From the NCBI GenBank assembly GCA_038227875.1, contig JBBRPR010000040.1:1-64000 (forward strand): a stretch of DNA of 64,000 nucleotides. Reading direction: 5' to 3'. The DNA is from Planctomycetota bacterium (lineage in GTDB: Bacteria > Planctomycetota > SZUA-567 > H5-PLA8). Position 1 is the stretch's first letter, and each line of letters begins with the position of its first letter. A program made the translations under genes and the position numbers. Positions 51,161-59,803 of this stretch are shown here, piece by piece. The notes under the pieces are model-generated. The model was not told the origin of the DNA. It worked only from the letters and a program-made list of their open reading frames with translations, and did no database searches.

Positions 51161-51318
51161 GGAGGGCGTTAGTCCAATGGCTAAGTGACGGCGTGGTTCG
51201 TGGCGAGGAACGAAAAAGTATTGAGACAACGGAACGAAGGTTTTAGGCCGTCCCGACTCTCCAAATTTCGCACGGGTTTATAATTGCTTCCACCTGTTGT
51301 TGTGATGATTATTCGAAC

Positions 51319-51909
51319 ATGGTTCTCAGCGATCCCCAGCTTACAGCGATTGCGTTCAAAGTTGAGACCGGCGATCCGGATCAGATCGATTACAGATTTT
51401 CGAATACCAAAACGGTAGCCGGCATGGCGTTGATTGCGGGCGTGCTTGCCGTGTCTATGAGCCTGCTTGTGCTTGAACACTGGCTGGGCTTAATCGACCG
51501 CAATGGCAATCCCATGGAAATTTCAATTCCTGCCTTTTTTGTATGCGGCGTGATCTCGTTGTGTGCGGCGATTCTCACCCCAAAATTGGATGGCGGCGTT
51601 TTGCTGGATCGACGCCGGCGCGTGCTCCGGCGTTGGCGCGGCCCGTTTCAGCGACGCTACCCACGCGAATTTCCGCTCGAGGGATTCCGGTCGCTGGAGA
51701 TTTCTCGCTTTCTTCATAAGGGCGGGAGTAAGCGGCCCTCACCGTTTATCGTGTTCCGTCTGGAAATCACGGGGCAGCGGAACCTCAAGTTGTTTGAGAC
51801 GGAAGGAGAAATGCAGATTCGAAAGCTGGCGGACGAGTTCAGCACGTTCCTCCAGTTGCCTGTTGCGGATAAGACGAGTTTGGAACTGGGACCTGCGGTG
51901 CCGCCATGA
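51319..51909 (+). CDS. two-TM membrane protein with a soluble C-terminal domain
   Basis: two hydrophobic helices; ATGA overlap with the next gene. Confidence 0.65.
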   Translation: MVLSDPQLTAIAFKVETGDPDQIDYRFSNTKTVAGMALIAGVLAVSMSLLVLEHWLGLIDRNGNPMEISIPAFFVCGVISLCAAILTPKLDGGVLLDRRRRVLRRWRGPFQRRYPREFPLEGFRSLEISRFLHKGGSKRPSPFIVFRLEITGQRNLKLFETEGEMQIRKLADEFSTFLQLPVADKTSLELGPAVPP

Positions 51910-52373
51910 CGAACCTCAATTCCACAAACAACAAAGTCAGGGAAACGCAGCTTTGCGATACGTGGTCTGCCAGTTCGGGAGTTGGCAGCGCGGGTCCGGC
52001 AATATGCCGGTGGCGGACGCCCATTCTCGGACCGCCCGATGTGGAGGGTTATGGCCATGTCGTCAAAGTCGTTTGGATCTATGGGCCAGAGAATTCCGAT
52101 GAGCTGCCGTCGGAACTGCAGTCGGAACAGATGAACCTTTTTGAAAATCGACTCTGCGACGCGTGGGAAAGCGATGGACATGCCTATCTGGCAGCGGTGC
52201 TGACGTTTGATGGCGCGCGGCAATGGGTGTTTTACACGCCGGACGTTTCGGTGTGCGGCCAGCGACTCCATGCGATGCCGCAGGAGGAGGAGCGCTACCC
52301 GCTCGAACTTACTTCGGAGCATGATCCGGAGTGGTTGTGGTTACGGAAGCATATTTTGAAGCGATTTGAGTAG
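51906..52373 (+). CDS. DUF695-family (immunity-like) protein
   Basis: LPSE...MNLFENRL, LAAVLTFDGARQWVFY and DPEW motifs. Confidence 0.75.
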   Translation: MTNLNSTNNKVRETQLCDTWSASSGVGSAGPAICRWRTPILGPPDVEGYGHVVKVVWIYGPENSDELPSELQSEQMNLFENRLCDAWESDGHAYLAAVLTFDGARQWVFYTPDVSVCGQRLHAMPQEEERYPLELTSEHDPEWLWLRKHILKRFE

Positions 52374-52395
52374 CGGTGCGAGGAGAGAAACTGAT

Positions 52396-52902
52396 ATGAG
52401 CGACTCCGACCTATGGAATTGTCCGAGCAACCTTGAGTTTCAGTGCCCTCAGAAATGGGAGAAGCTCGCGACGACCGGCGATGAGAACGTCCGCTTTTGC
52501 GGCGCGTGTCAGAAGACCGTTCATCTCTGCAAAACAGCGGAAGAGTTTGTGGCGCAGGGTAATCAGGGGCATTGCGTCGCGATCCCGCCGGAATCCCGCC
52601 CCTTCATCGTAAGTGTGGGGATTTTGGGGCAGCCCAGTCCGGAGTCCGTAAGGAAACTCGAACGTGAGCAGGACGTGGCGCGGGAGTGGTGGAATAAGAC
52701 GCTGGCGCAGCAGCCTGGCTTTGAGCCGGAAAAGATGGCGCGCATCGCGGAGATCATGAAGGAGACCGAACCGAGATTACTAGACCGCCAGACTGATGCT
52801 GCATTGAAGGACCAATGGGAAAGCTATGCGAAATTTATGGAATCCGCGGCGCTTCTGGAAAAGAAGATGATGGATGAGAGGAAGAAGGGGAAGAAGAAGT
52901 GA
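52396..52902 (+). CDS. Cys-rich hypothetical protein
   Basis: FQCPQKWEKL...RFCGACQKTVHLC...CVAI; GAGGAG RBS. Confidence 0.7.
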   Translation: MSDSDLWNCPSNLEFQCPQKWEKLATTGDENVRFCGACQKTVHLCKTAEEFVAQGNQGHCVAIPPESRPFIVSVGILGQPSPESVRKLEREQDVAREWWNKTLAQQPGFEPEKMARIAEIMKETEPRLLDRQTDAALKDQWESYAKFMESAALLEKKMMDERKKGKKK

Positions 52903-52967
52903 GCCGGTCTTGCTCGGCGCTCCAGTTACTTTGGTTTAGATCGGCGACAAGAATTTGTTGCGAAAGA

Positions 52968-54143
52968 TCACAACTCTGGAGAAACGTCTTGCTTTAGCTG
53001 CTTCAGCGCGCTGGTGACTTCCTCCATAAGTATCAACTCAGGATCATCGTCCGAACTCGCCAGCCTGGCCATGAGCGACTTCCCAATGCCCTCCAACTTG
53101 TCCTTTAGCAGGAGACTGCTTTGGGGTAGCAGTTTTTCAATCATCGCGACAAGATGGACCATTGTAAACGGAGTGCCAGGCCGCGGCGGTGGAACCTTCT
53201 TCAACAACCAAGCCCGAATTTCAAACGCCAACGCATTTGTGGCCGCCATCATAGAATCAAGGGAATCAAAGGGCTCAACAAATAGATCTACGTTAGTTGA
53301 ATTCAGTCTTGTACCAGCCCCTTTCTTGAACAAGTGGATCGCGGACTTGCGCGTCTGTTCGTCTCGACCCTCCATCAGCTTCGCCTCGTCCTCGAAGGAC
53401 AGGCCGATGCAATCCGAGTCCAGAATGGATTGTGCCAGTGTGCTGAACTGAGGATTTTTTGTCGGAAAGTGCTTGCCGTAATGCGCCTCGTTTGCGTCCG
53501 ATAATCTCGCGGAGATTTTCGGAGTTTCGCTTTCCAAGGTCGCGTCGACCTCTTCAAGATAGTATAGACCAAGGCTCTTGGCGCACACAAAGCTGTGTGA
53601 CAAAGAGACCATGCAGACGTTGTTAATTCTTATGCTGGTGAAGGATGGTAAATGCGCGAATCCTGGGTCGTAGATCGGAAAAAAATTAATTCCATCGGGT
53701 GCGCTCTTGCTTCGACAAAGAAAGATCATTCTATCTCTCTTTCCCACACGTTCATTAATGGCGAACCTAGGGTTTATCTTGTAGGGGTTTTGGTTGAGCA
53801 TGATGCCTCCAAGCCACAGCCCAACGCGTACCTTGTCGACCCAGTCCAGTAAGCAGGCTGCCTGCTCCGCATTCAGCGTCGAGGTCGACAAAAGCGACTC
53901 CATGCAACCCTTGGCGTTGCTTTCCAATTGTGAATAAGCCTCGTTACATTTGGAACATGCAGGGAATACGAAATTCTGAAAAGAAAAGGATGTCCTCCTC
54001 ATGCCTTTCAGCGCGAAAATTCCCATGCGCGTCGGCCTACCGGTGAGCTTTATGAGCCACTGTGGAATGATATGCTCGTGGTTCTTGGACTGTGGAATTT
54101 TGCGACAGAAGATGCAATTTCGACGTGAGCTCTTGGTTGCCAT
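52968..54143 (-). CDS. HNH-like nuclease-domain protein
   Basis: CIFC...EHIIPQWL...PACSKCN N-terminal motif; lower GC; GAGGG RBS. Confidence 0.7.
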   Translation of the reverse strand: MATKSSRRNCIFCRKIPQSKNHEHIIPQWLIKLTGRPTRMGIFALKGMRRTSFSFQNFVFPACSKCNEAYSQLESNAKGCMESLLSTSTLNAEQAACLLDWVDKVRVGLWLGGIMLNQNPYKINPRFAINERVGKRDRMIFLCRSKSAPDGINFFPIYDPGFAHLPSFTSIRINNVCMVSLSHSFVCAKSLGLYYLEEVDATLESETPKISARLSDANEAHYGKHFPTKNPQFSTLAQSILDSDCIGLSFEDEAKLMEGRDEQTRKSAIHLFKKGAGTRLNSTNVDLFVEPFDSLDSMMAATNALAFEIRAWLLKKVPPPRPGTPFTMVHLVAMIEKLLPQSSLLLKDKLEGIGKSLMARLASSDDDPELILMEEVTSALKQLKQDVSPEL

Positions 54144-54216
54144 AATTCCCTCTCCGTGACAGTCATCTTGCGAGAGATAGCCGTGCATAGTAAATGTGCG
54201 TATACCCCACTCAACA

Positions 54217-54292
54217 GCTCGAACTTACGTCGGAGCATGCTCCGGAGTGGTTGTGGCTGCGAGATCTTGTCTTGAGGCGGTCCAAGTAGCGG
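54217..54292 (+). pseudogene. remnant 3' end of a DUF695 paralog
   Basis: 76-nt direct repeat of 52301-52376; LELTSEHAPEWLWLRDLVLRRSK* versus LELTSEHDPEWLWLRKHILKRFE*. Confidence 0.8.
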
Positions 54293-54311
54293 CGAGTCGG
54301 TGCGCAGATTG

Positions 54312-54393
54312 CGCTCTTTCAGAGCTTGGGCGAGTTGGGTGCGGTTTTCCAGGGGCGGTGCCCCTGGCTTTCACAGGTTGCCCCGTTGGGGCA
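54312..54393. repeat. family A-related palindromic element
   Basis: GCTCTTTCAGAGC / CCAGGGGC-n-GCCCCTGG / GCCCCGTTGGGGC; close copy at 55722-55803. Confidence 0.85.
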
Positions 54394-54531
54394 GGTGTGC
54401 GGGGGGGGCGAGCGATTTAAGCCATAAGGTAAAGCCGAAAGTTGATACTGTCATCGGAGAACTTGAAGGGTTCCACTCAGAAGTGTTTCAAGAGCGCGGG
54501 GCTTCGCGCGGCATGAGGACAGGGGGTTGCC

Positions 54532-55110
54532 ATGAAAAGCGTCATCATCGGCGGTGTGACTCGGGCGGGGAAGTCGGTGCTGGCTCGGCGGATTAGAGAG
54601 CGGACTCAACTGAATGTTCTTCCGGTGGATGCGCTGGTAGTTTCGTTGCGGGCGGCGTTTCCGGAACTGGGTGTCAACTGGGACGATGCGGCGGCCAGCC
54701 GGCAGAAGTTGTGGCCGTTTCTGCGCGTGTTGATCTGCAAACTTTCGCTGCGCAGTGGATTTTCGTACCTGTATGAGGGCGATCATCTTTCTCCGGAGCT
54801 GCTGAGCGGGCTGGGGCCGGATTATCCGTTCCTGGCATCCACGGTGCCGCTCTTCCTGGGTTACGATTCCATCAGCGTGCCGGAGAAGATGAAGCAGCTC
54901 CGCGCGTTTTCTGCACAGAACTTGTGCTACACGAAGCACATGCCGGATGCGGAGTTGGCCGCGCTGTGCGCGCAGCAGATTGCGGAGAGTGTGCTCCTGA
55001 AGCAGCGCTGCGGTGAACTGGGATTTGCCTATTTTGATACGTCGGTGGATTTCGACGGCGCGATTGAGCGGGCGTGTGATTTTGCGTGCGGTGAAGTTGG
55101 GACGGGTTGA
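54532..55110 (+). CDS. P-loop small-molecule/nucleotide kinase-like protein
   Basis: IIGGVTRAGKS Walker A, YLYEG, YFDTS. Confidence 0.75.
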   Translation: MKSVIIGGVTRAGKSVLARRIRERTQLNVLPVDALVVSLRAAFPELGVNWDDAAASRQKLWPFLRVLICKLSLRSGFSYLYEGDHLSPELLSGLGPDYPFLASTVPLFLGYDSISVPEKMKQLRAFSAQNLCYTKHMPDAELAALCAQQIAESVLLKQRCGELGFAYFDTSVDFDGAIERACDFACGEVGTG

Positions 55111-55147
55111 TGGGGGTCCTTGCCAAGGCGCGGAATTCCGATGGGCA

Positions 55148-55495
55148 TCATCCGTCCGACATGTCGGTGAGGATGAAGCGTTCCTCTTCCTGGTCTTTGA
55201 TCAGGAGCTGGATGTTTTCCGGGCGCTTCCATTTTCTGCTTCTGACAAAATCGTCGAATGCGTTGACGTTCAGGTAATTGAATGCGCCTGCGAAAACTTC
55301 AGCGGGCATTACTTTTCCGGATTTCATCAGGCTCGATAGGCACGTCAGCTTTTCGTTCAATCTTTCATCCAACCACTGATTGATTTCTTTCACTGCTGGC
55401 AGATCGTCCGGAACCTCGCAAATGGGTTTATCGGTTTCGTCGTCGTAGTACTCGCCAAGCTCAACAATCAAGATGACCCCAGATACCCAGCTCAT
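55148..55495 (-). CDS. conserved hypothetical protein (115 aa)
   Basis: GAGGA RBS; GKVM..EVFAGAFNYL...WKRPENIQLLIKDQEE. Confidence 0.7.
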   Translation of the reverse strand: MSWVSGVILIVELGEYYDDETDKPICEVPDDLPAVKEINQWLDERLNEKLTCLSSLMKSGKVMPAEVFAGAFNYLNVNAFDDFVRSRKWKRPENIQLLIKDQEEERFILTDMSDG

Positions 55496-55577
55496 TTGAA
55501 TCTCCTCTACGCGGGATTGATGAGTCCGGCATAACGACGTTTGTGTCTCCATTTGTATCGCATTGCATGCAGGAGCC

Positions 55578-55803
55578 GCAACCCCTTCGGGGTTGTGGTG
55601 TCTCTTGTGTTGCATGTCCCAGGGTAGCGCCTGCGGCGCAACCCTGGGCTTTGTAGCCGGAGCCCCGGTGGGGCTCGACGGACGGCGTTGTGTTCAGAAA
55701 ACATGAAACGTACGGTGATCTCGCTCTTTCAGAGCTTCCGTAATACCGCGCGAATTTTCCAGGGGCGTTGCCCCTGGCTTTCACATTTCGCTCCGTTGGA
55801 GCA
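55578..55803. repeat. two tandem family A-related palindromic elements
   Basis: 55578-55676 (CAACCCCTTCGGGGTTG / CCCAGGGT...ACCCTGGG / GAGCCCCGGTGGGGCTC) and 55722-55803. Confidence 0.85.
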
Positions 55804-56077
55804 GTTGTGTTATGGCGCCGAAATCCTCGTAATGAGGTGAACGTCGCAGTGGCAGAAATTCAAAATTAAGAATTGAGAATTCAACATTGTCTTTGAATGC
55901 GGGTTTCCGGGCGGGCCGCCCGGACGACAAACGGCTTTGGCGCTCCTCACCTGTGCAGTCGGGCCGGCGTTGCGGCTTGGCTGTGGATTCTGGCGGTTTT
56001 TGTTCTCGTGATCGTGTAACCCGGGCTTAAGCTGGCTTCACTCATTTATAGCAAATTATCTCGTCTCGGGGTGCGGT

Positions 56078-57226
56078 ATGGACAAGGTCGAGCAGGAAGG
56101 GTGCGCGCGGTTGTTCTCGGCGCTGTCGCAGCTCGACGATCCACAAAAAGGTTACGACGAAGTGTTGAGCGCCATCTGCCAGATCGCCGGGACGACCAAT
56201 GGCGGGCTGTGGGGCGTGCCTCAGAATTTTCTGGTCGCGCCGCACCTGGCGGATGTCAGTTACATCAAGCCCGACGACGGCTGCCACGAGATCCATTCCT
56301 ACCTGCCGCAGTACCCGGCGTTTGAGTACATGGTTTCGAACTGGGCGAAGTTCAACGTCTTCAAACCGATCGACGTGATCGGCTGGAACGCGTGGACGAA
56401 TTCCGGATTTTACCAGGACTACCTGCGCCGCTACGACCGCAAGGACAACATCGTGGGCGTGATGCGCGATTCCAAGGGCGCGCCGCGCTGGTTTTTTTCG
56501 ACGTGCCATACCGGGCGCAATGCGATCAAACCGGGGAGCGCGAAGTTGCTGGCCGAATGGACGCCGCTGATCGCGCGCGGCCTGGAAAACCTGGAGCGGT
56601 TCCGCGAGCGGCTGGGCCGGTTGGAGAGCCTGGAGCTGATTGCGCAGAACACCGATTCGGCGCTGGTCGTATTGAAGCTGGGCGCGCGCGGCGCGCGGCC
56701 GTCGCTGACGTGCGCGTCGGCTCCGGCGGCGCGGATCCTGGCGCTGGAATCGTGCGCGGTCGAGAAAAATCTGGAGCTGCAACAGTTGCTCCGCCTGAGC
56801 ACGCACGCGCGCGGCCCGAGCAACAGCTATATCGAATGGACATCGCGCGCGGGGCAGAAGTATTCGCTGGTCGCAGTCGCAGGCGGCCCGGCGGCTCCGC
56901 CTGGAACACTACTGGTGCGAATGTTGCCGATCGCGCCGGCGCATTCGATCGCGTCCGACCGCGACGCGGCGCTGCGCAGCGGGTTGTCCAACCGCGAAGC
57001 GGACATTTTCGCGCTGCTGGCGAAGGGACTGGGCAACCGCGAGATCGGCCACGAGCTGCACATTTCTCCGAACACGGCGCGCACGCATATCGAGAACGTG
57101 TACGAGAAGCTGGGCGTGTCGAATCGCATTGAGGCGGTGAACAAGGTTCGCAACGCCAAGCCGCGGCGGGTGACCGCCATGTTGGATATCAAGAAGCCGG
57201 ATGCGGGGCTTGCCGCGGAGGGATAG
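56078..57226 (+). CDS. LuxR-family HTH transcriptional regulator
   Basis: LSNREADIFALLAKGLGNREIG..LHISPNTARTHIENVYEKLGV. Confidence 0.9.
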   Translation: MDKVEQEGCARLFSALSQLDDPQKGYDEVLSAICQIAGTTNGGLWGVPQNFLVAPHLADVSYIKPDDGCHEIHSYLPQYPAFEYMVSNWAKFNVFKPIDVIGWNAWTNSGFYQDYLRRYDRKDNIVGVMRDSKGAPRWFFSTCHTGRNAIKPGSAKLLAEWTPLIARGLENLERFRERLGRLESLELIAQNTDSALVVLKLGARGARPSLTCASAPAARILALESCAVEKNLELQQLLRLSTHARGPSNSYIEWTSRAGQKYSLVAVAGGPAAPPGTLLVRMLPIAPAHSIASDRDAALRSGLSNREADIFALLAKGLGNREIGHELHISPNTARTHIENVYEKLGVSNRIEAVNKVRNAKPRRVTAMLDIKKPDAGLAAEG

Positions 57227-57230
57227 CTGG

Positions 57231-57274
57231 ACCCCGCCCCTTCCCTGCCCTTCCCTGCCCTTCCCTGCCCTGCC
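57231..57274. repeat. 10-mer tandem repeat (TTCCCTGCCC)x3+
   Basis: seen directly, immediately after the LuxR stop codon. Confidence 0.85.
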
Positions 57275-57430
57275 GCTATGAAATTTCGCGAAAAAACCAT
57301 AGTCTTGTTCCCCCGTACCGGCGCCGCGAGTCTCACTGGTGGAACTGTTCGCAGTCCATCCGGCAAAACGAGATGGCGCGGAGTAGGGCTTAGTATGTGT
57401 ACGTATTAAATGTCCGTCGAAGGAGACGCC

Positions 57431-58978
57431 ATGAAACACCTTGCCTGTCTTGCGCGCCTGCTGCCACTGCTGGCCGTGGCCAATCTGATTGCCGCAGACG
57501 CGCAGCTGGGCGCGACGGCGTTCAAGCCCACGCCCGAACATCCGCTGGGCTGGCGCGGCGATGGCACCGGGCGCTATCCCGCCGCGACGCCGCCGCTGAC
57601 CTGGTCGCGCACCAAAAACGGCGCGGCGTACGCCACGAAGAATTTCGTCTGGTCGGCGCCGCTCCCCAATGCCGGCGTCTCGTCGCCGGTGATCGTCGGC
57701 GACAAGATCTTCCTCACCACGGAAGTCTTCGATCTCGTCTGTCTCGACAAGACCAGCGGCAAGGTGCTGTGGATCCGCTCGTGCCCGGAATTCGAAGGCC
57801 TGGACGCCGATGAGCTCAAAGCCACGCCGGCCTACGCGGAGAAGCTCGCGCCGCTGCTGCCGCAACTGGCTCAAGCCAACGCCGACGCCGTCGAAGCGCT
57901 TAATGGCAAGGCCGGCGGCGACGCGCTGGGCAAGAAGCGCGGGATCGAGAAGAAGATCCAGGACGAACAGCTCGCCATCGACAAGAAAAAGTTTGACCGC
58001 TACTGGGGACAAGGCGTTTTCGGTTTCGCCGGACAGACGCCGTGCACCGACGGCAAGCACGTCTGCGTCTTCTTCACCACCGGCGTCGCAGCGTGCTTCG
58101 ATCTCGACGGCAATCGCAAATGGATCCACCGCGGTTCCGGCGGCGGCAGTGAGCACGGAAATTTTGCCAGCCCGATCCTCTGCGCCAACCGCTTCGCCGT
58201 CTGGGCCAACGAGATGCGCGGCTACGACGTCGAGACCGGCAAGCAGCTCTGGGCCACACCGGCCAAGGCCAACAATTCCTATGGCTCGATGTTCCGCATG
58301 CAGGTCGGCAACGATCAGGTTGTGGCGTTTCAGTCCGGCTATTTCACGCGCGTGAGCGACGGCAAGCCCATCTTTGGCGACAACGTTTTCGGCGATTCGA
58401 TCGAGACGCCGATCGTCGAAAACGGCATCCTCTTCGCCACGATGGGATATCCGAAAGCCAACGCCACCAACGGCGGCTTCAAGGCCTTCAAAATCCCCGC
58501 CAGTGAAACCGGGAAGCTCACGCCAGCCTATTCGTTCAAGGAGAACTGGGCCGAGAACGAAATTCCCGTGATCAAGGACAAAGCGCCGTTCGAACGCAGC
58601 TTCTGCGCCTCGCCGCTGTTCGTCGACGGCCTGATCTACCGCATGACGGAAGCCGGCGGGTTGGTCGTCAACGACGCCTCCAACGGCGAGGTCGTCTACC
58701 GCAAGGTGCTGCCAATGAAGGCGAAGACGCAGTACTGGAACTGGGCCGGAGCCTCGACCAGTCCCACGCTGGCTGGGAAGAACATTTACCTGATGGACAA
58801 CCAGGGCGTGAGCGTCGTGATCGAGCCCGGCAAGGTGTACAAGGAACTGGCGAGAAACGTGATCGAAGAAATGCCCGACGAAAAGAACCAGGCCCAGTTC
58901 CTGTCGACGCCCATCTTCGAAGGCCCCCGCATGTACTTCCGCACGCCCGGCTTCCTGTATTGCATCGGCGAGAAGTAA
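57431..58978 (+). CDS. secreted PQQ-like / BamB-family beta-propeller protein
   Basis: signal peptide; WRGDGTG, SSPVIVGDKIF, ASPI and STPI repeats; AGGAG RBS. Confidence 0.88.
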   Translation: MKHLACLARLLPLLAVANLIAADAQLGATAFKPTPEHPLGWRGDGTGRYPAATPPLTWSRTKNGAAYATKNFVWSAPLPNAGVSSPVIVGDKIFLTTEVFDLVCLDKTSGKVLWIRSCPEFEGLDADELKATPAYAEKLAPLLPQLAQANADAVEALNGKAGGDALGKKRGIEKKIQDEQLAIDKKKFDRYWGQGVFGFAGQTPCTDGKHVCVFFTTGVAACFDLDGNRKWIHRGSGGGSEHGNFASPILCANRFAVWANEMRGYDVETGKQLWATPAKANNSYGSMFRMQVGNDQVVAFQSGYFTRVSDGKPIFGDNVFGDSIETPIVENGILFATMGYPKANATNGGFKAFKIPASETGKLTPAYSFKENWAENEIPVIKDKAPFERSFCASPLFVDGLIYRMTEAGGLVVNDASNGEVVYRKVLPMKAKTQYWNWAGASTSPTLAGKNIYLMDNQGVSVVIEPGKVYKELARNVIEEMPDEKNQAQFLSTPIFEGPRMYFRTPGFLYCIGEK

Positions 58979-59161
58979 GCGCGCGGCGCTTAGCGCCGAG
59001 GGGTCAGGGTTCAGGGGCCAGGGGTCAGAGTTGGGTGTGCGCGGAGGAGTGATTTAGATTTTCGCGCGGTCGTGGCAAGAAGGCAGGAAAAAATACCCCC
59101 CTACGAGCGGTGCCACACGGGTGCGAGAGACGCGTCGTTTTCAAATTGGATCTAGAAGCAC

Positions 59162-59650
59162 ATGAAGGAACGCGCTTACAAGTACGTTGGAACGCCCGAA
59201 AAAATCCGGCCTGGCCAACTGGGCGTCAAAATCCAGACCGTCTCAGATATAGCCAAGGTGGGATTTGACATCCATATCGCCGCCACCACATTTACTTTCA
59301 CCGTGGATGTAGAAGATATTTTTCGCTTGGCGCCACGAAGATCCGAACACGTGAATTGTGCAGGAGGAAAGCCCGTACTCTCGGCCGGAGAGATTAGTCT
59401 GGAACAACGAAATGGACTGATTCAGGCAACAGCGATCTCCAATCATTCCACCGGATATTGTCCCGAAGCGGACTCATGGTCGGCCGTTCAACGAGCACTC
59501 AATCGCCTCGGAATCGTGCATTCGGGGCTGTTTACGACAGCACTTCTTTTCCGACGGTGCCCAGCCTGCAATCAGATCAATATCATTAAGGACCAGTGGT
59601 TTCACTGCGATGTTTGCGATGCGAAAATTCCAAGAGAACCGAATATCTGA
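59162..59650 (+). CDS. hypothetical toxin-like domain with a C-terminal Zn ribbon
   Basis: RRSEHVNCAGGKPVLSAGEI...ISNHSTGYCP; CPAC..CDVC; low GC. Confidence 0.6.
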   Translation: MKERAYKYVGTPEKIRPGQLGVKIQTVSDIAKVGFDIHIAATTFTFTVDVEDIFRLAPRRSEHVNCAGGKPVLSAGEISLEQRNGLIQATAISNHSTGYCPEADSWSAVQRALNRLGIVHSGLFTTALLFRRCPACNQINIIKDQWFHCDVCDAKIPREPNI

Positions 59651-59803
59651 TGGTCCCACCCAACACGTGCACCTGCGACCGCCCCAATTCCGCATAACAT
59701 TATGCAACATTTCGAAAGTTAATTCTTTACAAAGTATTTTCCCCACGCTAAGGTTCCACCCAGTTATTCAACGCCACACAACCCAATCGATAAGGAGCTC
59801 GCC

